Shown here piece by piece: positions 20,998 through 29,074 of a DNA stretch of 64,000 bases. Position 1 is the stretch's first letter, and each line of letters starts with the position of its first letter. Source of the DNA: Bacillota bacterium (lineage in GTDB: Bacteria > Bacillota > SHA-98 > UBA4971); contig JANLFY010000001.1 in the NCBI GenBank assembly GCA_024653485.1, positions 13,517 to 77,516 on the forward strand, in the 5' to 3' direction. The translations under genes were made by a program, and so were the position numbers. The notes under the pieces are model-generated. The model had not been told where the DNA came from. It saw only the letters and a list, made by a program, of their open reading frames with translations, and ran no database searches.

Positions 20998-22035
20998 ATG
21001 GACAGGGCGGTGATCTTCTCCGTCGGGTTCTGTATACTGGTCGTCCTCGTGGTGCCTTCCGTGCTGGTAAGAGGTTGCGACTACGGGGTCGAGCCGCGGC
21101 AACAGGCGGCGGGGCCCACCGTCCGGGTATTCGTGACCGCGACCGGGCAAACGGTGGAGATGCCCCTCGACGAGTACGTGCGAGGGGTTGTGGCTGCTGA
21201 GATGCCGGCGTCGTTTGGAACGGAAGCGCTGAAAGCGCAAGCTGTGGCGGCGCGTACGTTCGCGGTCAAGAGAATGAGGCAGTTCGGCGGTCCCGGGTGT
21301 TCGGCTCACCCAGGCGCCGACGTGTGCACTGATCACCTGCACTGCCAGGCGTGGATATCCGACGACGAGTTGCGAAAGAAGCTCGGCTACCTCGAATACC
21401 ACGCCTATGCTCGGAAGATAGCGAGCGCAGTGGAATCGACCTCGGGGAAGATCGTCACGTACCGGGGCGAGCCCATTGAGGCGTACTACCATGCGGCCTC
21501 GGGTGGGTCGACCGAGGACTCCGAGGATGTGTGGCAGGCGGCCGTCCCGTACCTGCGGGCGGTGTCCACGGAGTTCGAGGCTCGAGAACCCAGCTTCCAG
21601 CAGCTCGTGGAGTTCACCGTGACGGAACTCGAAAAGAGGCTCGGTGTGAAACTCACTGAGAGGAAGGTGAGGACGTACAAGGTTGCCGGTAAAGATGTGC
21701 AAGTCGTCGCAGAGGAAAGAATGGACCGGCCCATCGAGGTGCTGAGCGTTACACCGGCCGGTAGGGTCAGGGAGATCCGCGTGGGCGACAAGGTATTCTC
21801 TGGGCACTCTCTGCGCGAGCTCTTGGGACTTCGCTCCACCAAGCTCACTTGCCGAATCGTGGGAGACAAGGTGTGCTTCGTTACCACCGGCTACGGCCAC
21901 GGAGTGGGCATGTCCCAGTACGGGGCGCAGGTCATGGCCCAGGCGGGGAAGACCTACGCGGACATTCTCAGACACTATTATCCCGGCACCGAGGTCACGG
22001 TCTTCGCGGCGCTTGCGCCCGAGCAGCTACCCTGA
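20998..22035 (+). CDS. spoIID: Stage II sporulation protein D (SpoIID/LytB-domain lytic transglycosylase)
   Basis: 'LDEYVRGVVAAEMPASFGTEALKAQAVAARTFAV', 'YHAASGGSTEDSEDVW' and 'TGYGHGVGMSQYGA'. Confidence 0.85.
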   Translation: MDRAVIFSVGFCILVVLVVPSVLVRGCDYGVEPRQQAAGPTVRVFVTATGQTVEMPLDEYVRGVVAAEMPASFGTEALKAQAVAARTFAVKRMRQFGGPGCSAHPGADVCTDHLHCQAWISDDELRKKLGYLEYHAYARKIASAVESTSGKIVTYRGEPIEAYYHAASGGSTEDSEDVWQAAVPYLRAVSTEFEAREPSFQQLVEFTVTELEKRLGVKLTERKVRTYKVAGKDVQVVAEERMDRPIEVLSVTPAGRVREIRVGDKVFSGHSLRELLGLRSTKLTCRIVGDKVCFVTTGYGHGVGMSQYGAQVMAQAGKTYADILRHYYPGTEVTVFAALAPEQLP

Positions 22036-22143
22036 CCGCCTCCGCATCGTCCAGTGCCCTTCCCACCACTCACCCTGTTCGGCGTCTGCATAAGGCTGCA
22101 TAGACAGGAAACAACAGGGGAGAATATACGCCGGGGTGATGGT

Positions 22144-23163
22144 ATGGAGGGAAGGACGAGGAGAAGGCACAAAAGGCTTTCTGTGGGGGGAATCTGGGCG
22201 CGCCTCGCCGCACACGCCCGGCGGGTGCTGCGAGGAGCGAGGCGGGGAATGGTGGGCGCGTGGCGCGGCATCCTGAGAATCATGCCGCCGCGCGAAGCAG
22301 CGATAGTCGTGATCATGGGAGGAGTCGCGTTCGGGCTCGGAGTGGCTCTCGGGCGGGTCACCGCGCCGCCCGCGGCGCCTCTGGATCAAGGGTACGTCAC
22401 CATCGAGCATGTAAGCTCTCACGAGCCTGGAACCGAGCCTTCCGTCGTGGGTGAGGAGGGGCCGCGCCAAGCGGCGGAAGAGTCAGGGCAACCGGGCGTG
22501 ATCGCGCCCGTCTCCGGGGCTGGCTCGTCTTCTGATGATGAAGGGAGGGGAGTGGTGGGGCCGGTGCCGAGTCTGGGAGTGACGACCCCTTCCCAGTCGC
22601 AGCTGCCGGCGACGGCATCATCGCTCCAACCGGAGTCCCTGCGTTCCGCGGATCGCGAAGGCGCGGGCGGCGCTGCCGCAAAGCCCGAGATGCCTGCCGC
22701 GTCTGGCGGATCTTCCGCGGCGAGGCCCGCCGGTTCCTCCGTCCAGACCCCTAAGGAAACGACGGCGCAGGCATCCAGGCGTGAGAAGATGCTCATGCCG
22801 GTGCAGGGGAGGATCATCTCGGAGTTCGGGTGGAGAAGACACCCGGTGTTCGCCGACTGGCGTTATCATACGGGAATTGACATCGCCGCTTCCGAGGGCA
22901 TCCCCGTTCGGGCGGCGCTGTCCGGCAAGGTAGTCGAGGTGGACACCGACAGGCAGCTTGGGCTGTACGTAGTGCTCGAGCACGAAGGAGGACTCCGCAC
23001 CAAGTACTGCCACCTTGAGTCTAGTCCGGCGTCTTGCGGGGATTCGGTGGCCCAAGGCGAATCCATAGGCATGGCCGGGTCTTCGGGGGTCACGTCAGGG
23101 TGTTACGTCCACTTCGAGGTCATCAGCGGCGGCAAGGCACAGGACCCCAGGAAGTTCCTGTGA
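22144..23163 (+). CDS. Membrane-anchored M23/LytM-domain protein in the spoIIQ position
   Basis: N-terminal TM 'AAIVVIMGGVAFGLGVALG', a long P/S/A/G linker, then M23 motifs 'YHTGIDIAA' (HxxxD) and 'KYCHL'. The HxH motif reads 'YVHFEV'. The gene order M23-spoIIID-mbl mirrors B. subtilis spoIIQ-spoIIID-mbl. Confidence 0.75.
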   Translation: MEGRTRRRHKRLSVGGIWARLAAHARRVLRGARRGMVGAWRGILRIMPPREAAIVVIMGGVAFGLGVALGRVTAPPAAPLDQGYVTIEHVSSHEPGTEPSVVGEEGPRQAAEESGQPGVIAPVSGAGSSSDDEGRGVVGPVPSLGVTTPSQSQLPATASSLQPESLRSADREGAGGAAAKPEMPAASGGSSAARPAGSSVQTPKETTAQASRREKMLMPVQGRIISEFGWRRHPVFADWRYHTGIDIAASEGIPVRAALSGKVVEVDTDRQLGLYVVLEHEGGLRTKYCHLESSPASCGDSVAQGESIGMAGSSGVTSGCYVHFEVISGGKAQDPRKFL

Positions 23164-23194
23164 ACATCTGAAGAGAATCTCTAGGTGAGGCAAA

Positions 23195-23216
23195 AGGCCC
23201 TGCCCCGGCAGGGCCT
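23195..23216 (+). terminator. 9-bp hairpin after the M23 gene (no U-tract)
   Basis: aggccctgc / cccg / gcagggcct. Confidence 0.3.
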
Positions 23217-23278
23217 GACATATCTCGCTGCTCTCCGAATATACATTGTATCAAACCGGGGGCAGGGGGGCAGGCGAG

Positions 23279-23533
23279 ATGAGAGAATACATCCGGCGTC
23301 GGGTGCTGGACGTGGCTGGCCACATCATCGAGACCAAGTCCACGGTCAGACAGGCTGCCAAGCTATACAACGTGAGCAAGAGCACTGTCCACAAAGACGT
23401 CACGGAAAGACTGCCACTCATCAGCAAGCAGCTCTCGCGGAAAGTCAAGCGCATCCTCGAGCAGAACAAAGCGGAGCGGCACATCCGCGGAGGAGAGGCC
23501 ACGCGGAAGAAGTACCGTCAAAAGAAGAGCTAG
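23279..23533 (+). CDS. spoIIID: Stage III sporulation protein D (HTH transcription factor)
   Basis: 'VSKSTVHKDVTERLP' and 'RHIRGGEATRKKY' are near-identical to the B. subtilis SpoIIID signature segments. The ATG at 23279 gives 84 aa. Confidence 0.9.
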   Translation: MREYIRRRVLDVAGHIIETKSTVRQAAKLYNVSKSTVHKDVTERLPLISKQLSRKVKRILEQNKAERHIRGGEATRKKYRQKKS

Positions 23534-23680
23534 GTTCCAATCTTGGGGAGGAGATCCTTCTGGTCTGTAGAATGTCCCCTCGTGGGGTTTTTTCGTGTGG
23601 GAGCGGTGGATAAGCCCCCTGATGTCGCCGGAGGATGGGCTGCCCTCCTCGTGGGGCGCGGGCTCGGGAGGAGTTGAGCC

Positions 23681-24703
23681 ATGTTCGGGCTTTCGGTGGA
23701 TGTGGGAATAGATCTGGGCACTGCCAATACGAAGGTGTACGTAAAAGGCAAAGGCGTGGTCATCCGCGAGCCGTCCGTGGTGGCTCTCGACAGCGAGACC
23801 AGGAAGGTGCTTGCCGTCGGCGAGGATGCCCGGCGGATGATCGGTAGGACGCCTGGGACCATCACGGCAGTGCGCCCAATGAAAGACGGTGTCATCGCCG
23901 ATTACGACATCACCGAGACGATGCTGCGCCATTTCCTGGCCAAGGCGTGCGGCAGGCACACTTTCATACGGCCGCGCGTGGTCATCTGTGTTCCGTCTGG
24001 AGTCACGGGGGTCGAACGCCGCGCGGTACTGGAGGCGGCCACTCAGGCCGGAGCACGCCAGACATACCTCATCGAGGAGCCCATGGCCGCGGCCCTCGGC
24101 GCGGGCATCGACATCTCGGAGCCCTCAGGGAACATGGTGGTGGACATAGGAGGCGGAACGACGGACATCGCGGTCATCTCCCTGTCAGGCATCGTCGTGA
24201 CCGAGTCGCGTCGCGTTGGGGGGGACAAATTCGACGAGGCGATCATCAGGTACATCAAGAAGGTTTACAACTTGATGATCGGGGAGAGGACCGCCGAAGA
24301 CATCAAGATCCAGATCGGAACAGCGTATCCCCAAGGCGAGGGGCTGTCCACCGAGATCCGAGGCCGCGACCTCGTGACCGGCCTTCCACGGACCATCAAG
24401 TTCACGTCCGCTGAGACTTTCCAGGCTCTCACGGAGCCGATCGCCGAGATAGTAGACGGGGTCAAGGGAGTGCTCGAGCGCACGCCGCCAGAGCTAGCCG
24501 CCGACATAGTCGACAAGGGCATCGTGTGCACCGGAGGTGGGTCGCTGCTCTCGGGTCTCACGAACCTGCTCGCCGACGAGACCGGTATACCGGTACAGAC
24601 CGCGGAGGACCCCATGAGTTGCGTTGTCCTTGGAACGGGCAAGATCCTCGATGCCCTGGATAGGTTCAGAGAGAGCGTCGTCGTGGCGACGAGGTCCGTG
24701 TGA
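23681..24703 (+). CDS. mreB: Rod-shape-determining actin homologue MreB/Mbl
   Basis: '[12 protein letters not shown]', '[15 protein letters not shown]', '[13 protein letters not shown]' and '[11 protein letters not shown]'. Confidence 0.95.
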   Translation: MFGLSVDVGIDLGTANTKVYVKGKGVVIREPSVVALDSETRKVLAVGEDARRMIGRTPGTITAVRPMKDGVIADYDITETMLRHFLAKACGRHTFIRPRVVICVPSGVTGVERRAVLEAATQAGARQTYLIEEPMAAALGAGIDISEPSGNMVVDIGGGTTDIAVISLSGIVVTESRRVGGDKFDEAIIRYIKKVYNLMIGERTAEDIKIQIGTAYPQGEGLSTEIRGRDLVTGLPRTIKFTSAETFQALTEPIAEIVDGVKGVLERTPPELAADIVDKGIVCTGGGSLLSGLTNLLADETGIPVQTAEDPMSCVVLGTGKILDALDRFRESVVVATRSV

Positions 24704-25141
24704 CGGGCCGCATCGCCTCGTCGTGCCGACTCCTCGTATCGCAGTCCCGCCTCAGCCTCGTACCTTTGCAGGCAGCTAGATGTCCCTCCGGCGTCAATCG
24801 GTGCGCGCGTGGCGGCAGACATCGTGCGCCCGGAACGACCCCACGTATCCACAGGGAGCGCGGCGGCGAACGTCGCAAAAGCAGCGTTGGGCACCGGCGG
24901 ATCCTGGCGTGGCCGACGTGGTAGCCGACGTACAGGACACCGATCGAGTAGAGCGTCGGGAATGGGGTCACGGGAAGCTCGGTTTCAGGCGAGCTCACCT
25001 TCTGAGGCTGAGGTGAGTGCGGCCACGCCTCGTCCACAATTTGGCACGCACGTTCATCGATGGCAGGAGAGGATAGAACGATCCCGTAGCGAACACTAAA
25101 TGGAGCTTTGGGAATCGAAGGATGAGAGGAGGCGGGCGGCG

Positions 25142-26815
25142 ATGGAACGTTCCCGTTTCACATCAAACGTTGGGGGCAAAGCCGGGGCGGGCTCGGCGCG
25201 ACGAGCGCTTCGGCGGGTCACCACGGTGGCGGCTGCGGCGACCTGGGCGGCAGTGGTTGTGGTTCTGCTGTGTGGTAGCGCGCTTTCGCAGACGATGCCT
25301 GGCGGAGGCACCCCTGATCAGGCGGGGATCATCATAGGGACGGCGAATGGACCGCTTGCGATTCCCGCAGTGTTCAGGGGACAATGCTTGTTGCTGCCCG
25401 CGACGTTCGTGTCAGAGACGCTCAAGATGCCCATGAGGTACGATCCTGCCTCACAGCGGCTCACATTCAGCATACCTGGCGGATCACCGGCGAATGCCAT
25501 CGAGGTGGTGCTACATCAGCGCAAGTGGAGGTTGTCATCGGGCGAGGTCCGGGAATTCGCCGAGGCACCTACCACGGCGGCCGGTATACCGTTCGTGCCC
25601 GCGGACCTTCTGGCGATAACCGGCGAATACGAGGTAAGCTGGGATGCCCAGTCGAAGGTGGTGTATCTGCGCGGCCAGGACGATCCGAAGACTGTCATGA
25701 CCGACGTAAGATTCAGTATCTATCCCGACAGGGTGCGGGTTGTCTTCGACTTCACGGGAGAGACCGGATACGAGGTCGTCCAGATGAAGAACCCGTCGCG
25801 AGTCGTGGTGACTTTCGAGAGCACGTGCGTGTGGGGCGCGATAGACCGAGTCATCGGCGACGTCGCGGTTAACCAGGTGAGGGTCGCTCCTCCGGAGAAC
25901 GGAAAGGCCAAGGCGGTCTTGGACTTCAACTACGTCCTGCCCGACGTGAAAGCGTTTTGGCTCAAAGACCCTGCAAGGTTCGTCGTGGACGTGCCGAAAC
26001 TGTACGACACCAAAGCCTCGCTCACAGTAACTCGCGGGGTGCGCTACACGGTGGTGAACAAGGGGACCCCGGCAGGGCCGCTCACAGTAGACGTCCTCGA
26101 GGTCGACGTCAAAGATCCGACCGTCTCGGTGCGACCCACGTTAGCAGGAAAGAACGGCGCGACCGGTCTGGCCAGGGTCAGCGAGCTCGTGGCGAGGGAG
26201 GGCGCGATCGCAGGGGTGAACGGGGTGTTCCACTCGGCCGACGGCACGCCGCTGGGACTCATGATCATCGACGGGCGAATGAAGGCGCCTCCCTTGATGA
26301 ACCGCACAGCACTCGGGATCACGTCGGACGGCGCCATCGTGATAGACAACGTCTCATTGGACGAGCAAGGCAACCTCATCCCTGACTGGAGAACGCTTGG
26401 TGTGGTCCACGCCGTCGGGGGAGGCCCCAGGCTGGTCAAGGATGGCAAGGTGCACGTCACGTCGGGAGAGGAGAGGTTCAAGGCGGACGTGGCCGTTGGT
26501 CGGGCACCGCGTACCGCCGCTGGGGTCACTTTCGACGGCAAGCTCTTGCTTGTTGCCGTCACAGGCAGACAGGCTCACCATAGCATAGGGGTCACTCTCG
26601 AGGAGCTCGCCAACCTCATGATCGAACTCGGCGCGAAGGACGCGCTGAACTTTGATGGTGGCGGATCGTCTACCATGGTGGTCCGCGAATACGTCATGAA
26701 CACTCCCTCCGACGGGCGGGAGAGGACGGTTGCGGATGCCATATTGGTCTTCTCGAGCCTTCCGAAACCCGCTCCCGTCGGCCCGTTGCCGTCGGATTCC
26801 GTGACATCACCGTGA
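25142..26815 (+). CDS. Secreted phosphodiester glycosidase (DUF2233/NAGPA-like) with N-terminal copper-amine-oxidase-like and AMIN-like modules
   Basis: 'AIAGVNGVFHSADGTPLGLMIIDGRM', 'RTAAGVTFDGKLLLVAVTG' and 'ALNFDGGGSSTMVV'. The AMIN-like segment is 'VRFSIYPDRVRVVFDF'. The ATG at 25142 follows GAGGAGG; the ORF is open from 25100. Confidence 0.65.
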   Translation: MERSRFTSNVGGKAGAGSARRALRRVTTVAAAATWAAVVVVLLCGSALSQTMPGGGTPDQAGIIIGTANGPLAIPAVFRGQCLLLPATFVSETLKMPMRYDPASQRLTFSIPGGSPANAIEVVLHQRKWRLSSGEVREFAEAPTTAAGIPFVPADLLAITGEYEVSWDAQSKVVYLRGQDDPKTVMTDVRFSIYPDRVRVVFDFTGETGYEVVQMKNPSRVVVTFESTCVWGAIDRVIGDVAVNQVRVAPPENGKAKAVLDFNYVLPDVKAFWLKDPARFVVDVPKLYDTKASLTVTRGVRYTVVNKGTPAGPLTVDVLEVDVKDPTVSVRPTLAGKNGATGLARVSELVAREGAIAGVNGVFHSADGTPLGLMIIDGRMKAPPLMNRTALGITSDGAIVIDNVSLDEQGNLIPDWRTLGVVHAVGGGPRLVKDGKVHVTSGEERFKADVAVGRAPRTAAGVTFDGKLLLVAVTGRQAHHSIGVTLEELANLMIELGAKDALNFDGGGSSTMVVREYVMNTPSDGRERTVADAILVFSSLPKPAPVGPLPSDSVTSP

Positions 26816-26912
26816 CATTGCCATGATAGACATGGGTGAGACATTGGTGAGGCTTGCGCGTGAAGCCGAGCCGTCGGCGCGCGAGGCCGAACCGGGAAGG
26901 GAGAGCGTGTTG

Positions 26913-28898
26913 ATGGCCCAGATTCCAGTGCATCGGAACATGCCCCGGGCGGTGCGGTCGCTCGAGTTTGCGATCGTTCTCTGTCTTGTCGCGGTGTTCG
27001 CGGGCGTCGTCGTCACAGTGGATGGTCCCGCCCTCGCGTCAGAGAATCAGGCGTTCATGACCGTGGCGGAGCTGCGCCCGGGCATGAAGGGCATCGGAAA
27101 GACTGTCGTGCAAGGCACCCGCATAGACACGTTCGACGTGGAGATCCTCGCGGTCGTCAAAGGGGAGACCGCCACCGGCGACCTCGTGCTGGTGCGCGTG
27201 GGAGGCAAGACCGTGGAGGCTTCGGGCGGCATCGCGGCGGGAATGAGCGGCAGCCCCGTTTACGTGAACGGCCGTCTCGTGGGAGCCATCTCCTTCGGAT
27301 TCGAGAACGCGGACCACTTCGTGGGCCTCGTGACACCCATCGAAGAGATGCTCAAAGTGTTTGCGGCGGCGAAGAGGCCGGTTCCAGGCGTGGCCAGTCT
27401 TCCGGAGCCGGTGAGGATCGGAGACGGCCTTGCCCAGCGTGTGGTGCTCGCGGCCTCCAAAGACGAAGCGGCACGGCTTGCAAGCCAAGCGTCTGAGGGG
27501 ACGCTCGTGATGGTCCCCGTCGCGACGCCCGTGATGGTTAGCGGCGCGAGCAGGCGGGCGTTCGATCGGTTGTCGAAGGGGCTTAGACCCTTCGGACTCA
27601 TGCCCATCCAAGGCGCCGTAGGCGGGAAGGGACCCCTGGGAAATGCGCCCCCCGCAAATCTCGAGCCCGGGAGCTGCATTGGCGTTCAGCTCGTCAGGGG
27701 AGACGTGTCGGTGACGGCGATAGGCACCGTCACATACCGGCAAGGCAGTGAAGTACTTGCCTTTGGTCACTCGCTCCTGGGCAGAGGGAACGCGAGCTAC
27801 TTCGCTGCGGGGGCCGAGGTCTACGTGGTGGTGGCCGGCGAAACCATGCCGTTCAAGATCGCGAGCCCCCTGGGCCTGGCCGGCACGATCGTCCAGGACA
27901 GAACGCATGGGGTCCTTGCGGATATCGGCACGAAGCCGCCGAGCGTCCCCGTCACAGTCTCGGTGCGCGACCGCGATACAGGCAGAGCCAGGATGCTTAG
28001 GGCCGACATCGTTCGAGACGAGATGCTATCGACGGATCTTGCCGCAGCAGTCGTCTTGTCGTGCCTCGACGCCACCGTGGACAGAATCGGGCGGGGAACC
28101 TCCAGCGTGAGGTTCCAAGTGGAAGGGAAGGGTCTGCCCAGACCCATAGTCAGGGAGAACATGTTCTATAGCCCGTCTGACATCTCGGCCGCGTCCATCA
28201 GTGAGGTGGCGGACGCCATTGCTACCATCATCGACAATGAGTTTGCCGAAGTAGAGGTCACGGGTGTGAAGGCCGACTTCGAGGTGGAGGAAGCAAGGCG
28301 CACGGCCAGGATTCACTATGCGGAGACTGCGGCCAAGGTAGCCAAGCCCGGGGATACTATCGAGGTCAAGGTCAGACTCCTGCCGTTCAGGGGTGTCGCC
28401 GAGACGAAGGTCATCGAGGTCAAGATACCCGAAAGAACCCCACCTGGCACCCTGTGTCTCACTGTGCGTGGTGGAGGGGTGGCGCCGGGGGAAGAGGAAG
28501 GCGACACGGGCACCACGGGAAAGCCGTCCCAGCCCACCGTTGCGGAGAGTCTCGAAAACCTCGTGCAGGAATTCATGTCCAAGGAACGGAACTGCGACAT
28601 CGTGGTGGAGTTCTATCCCGGCGAAGCCTCCGCCGATGAGGACGCGGTTCCAGCGGACGAGAGGTCCGCCCAGGCGGAGGCCTCCGGGGGGCTGAGCCTC
28701 TGGCGGGAGATGGGCCAGGACCTTCCTCGCGGCGACGATAAATCCCCTAGGGAACCGGGAGGCATCCCGGGAGCGGAGGATACCGGGTTGGTCAAGGCCA
28801 CTCTCACCACCGGCTACGTGATCGAGGGCGAGACCACAGTTGAGATAGAGGTGGAGGACGTGGAGTCGGTCTTGGAGGATGATGAGGTCGAGGATTGA
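26913..28898 (+). CDS. Peptidase S55 (SpoIVB-type serine peptidase) domain protein with an acidic C-terminal tail
   Basis: 'GGIAAGMSGSPVYVNGRLVGAISFGFEN...IEEML' resembles the SpoIVB catalytic-serine segment as I remember it. Has an N-terminal signal anchor. The tail is 'EIEVEDVESVLEDDEVED'. The ATG at 26913 has an RBS; the ORF is open from 26823. Confidence 0.55.
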   Translation: MAQIPVHRNMPRAVRSLEFAIVLCLVAVFAGVVVTVDGPALASENQAFMTVAELRPGMKGIGKTVVQGTRIDTFDVEILAVVKGETATGDLVLVRVGGKTVEASGGIAAGMSGSPVYVNGRLVGAISFGFENADHFVGLVTPIEEMLKVFAAAKRPVPGVASLPEPVRIGDGLAQRVVLAASKDEAARLASQASEGTLVMVPVATPVMVSGASRRAFDRLSKGLRPFGLMPIQGAVGGKGPLGNAPPANLEPGSCIGVQLVRGDVSVTAIGTVTYRQGSEVLAFGHSLLGRGNASYFAAGAEVYVVVAGETMPFKIASPLGLAGTIVQDRTHGVLADIGTKPPSVPVTVSVRDRDTGRARMLRADIVRDEMLSTDLAAAVVLSCLDATVDRIGRGTSSVRFQVEGKGLPRPIVRENMFYSPSDISAASISEVADAIATIIDNEFAEVEVTGVKADFEVEEARRTARIHYAETAAKVAKPGDTIEVKVRLLPFRGVAETKVIEVKIPERTPPGTLCLTVRGGGVAPGEEEGDTGTTGKPSQPTVAESLENLVQEFMSKERNCDIVVEFYPGEASADEDAVPADERSAQAEASGGLSLWREMGQDLPRGDDKSPREPGGIPGAEDTGLVKATLTTGYVIEGETTVEIEVEDVESVLEDDEVED

Positions 28899-29074
28899 GG
28901 GGACGACGGCCGCGCAAGACCCGGGCCTACGGGGAATTGACGGAGAATTGATGGAGGACAGGGAGGTCCCAAGGGAACCATGATTTGGAGGTCCCCGCGC
29001 GACGCGCGGGGACTTGCGTTACAAAGGAATAGGTTGCTTTGTGTCGAACTATCTCCTGGCTGGGAGGGCAAGCC

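Noticed and set aside
20917-21975. 352-aa minus-strand ORF
   Set aside because: It is antisense to spoIID, which has strong family motifs. I recognise no motifs of its own.
24666-25037. 123-aa minus-strand ORF in the 0.4-kb mreB-glycosidase gap
   Set aside because: It has no RBS and an R/P-rich low-complexity translation, and it overlaps the mreB 3' end. The gap is left unassigned.
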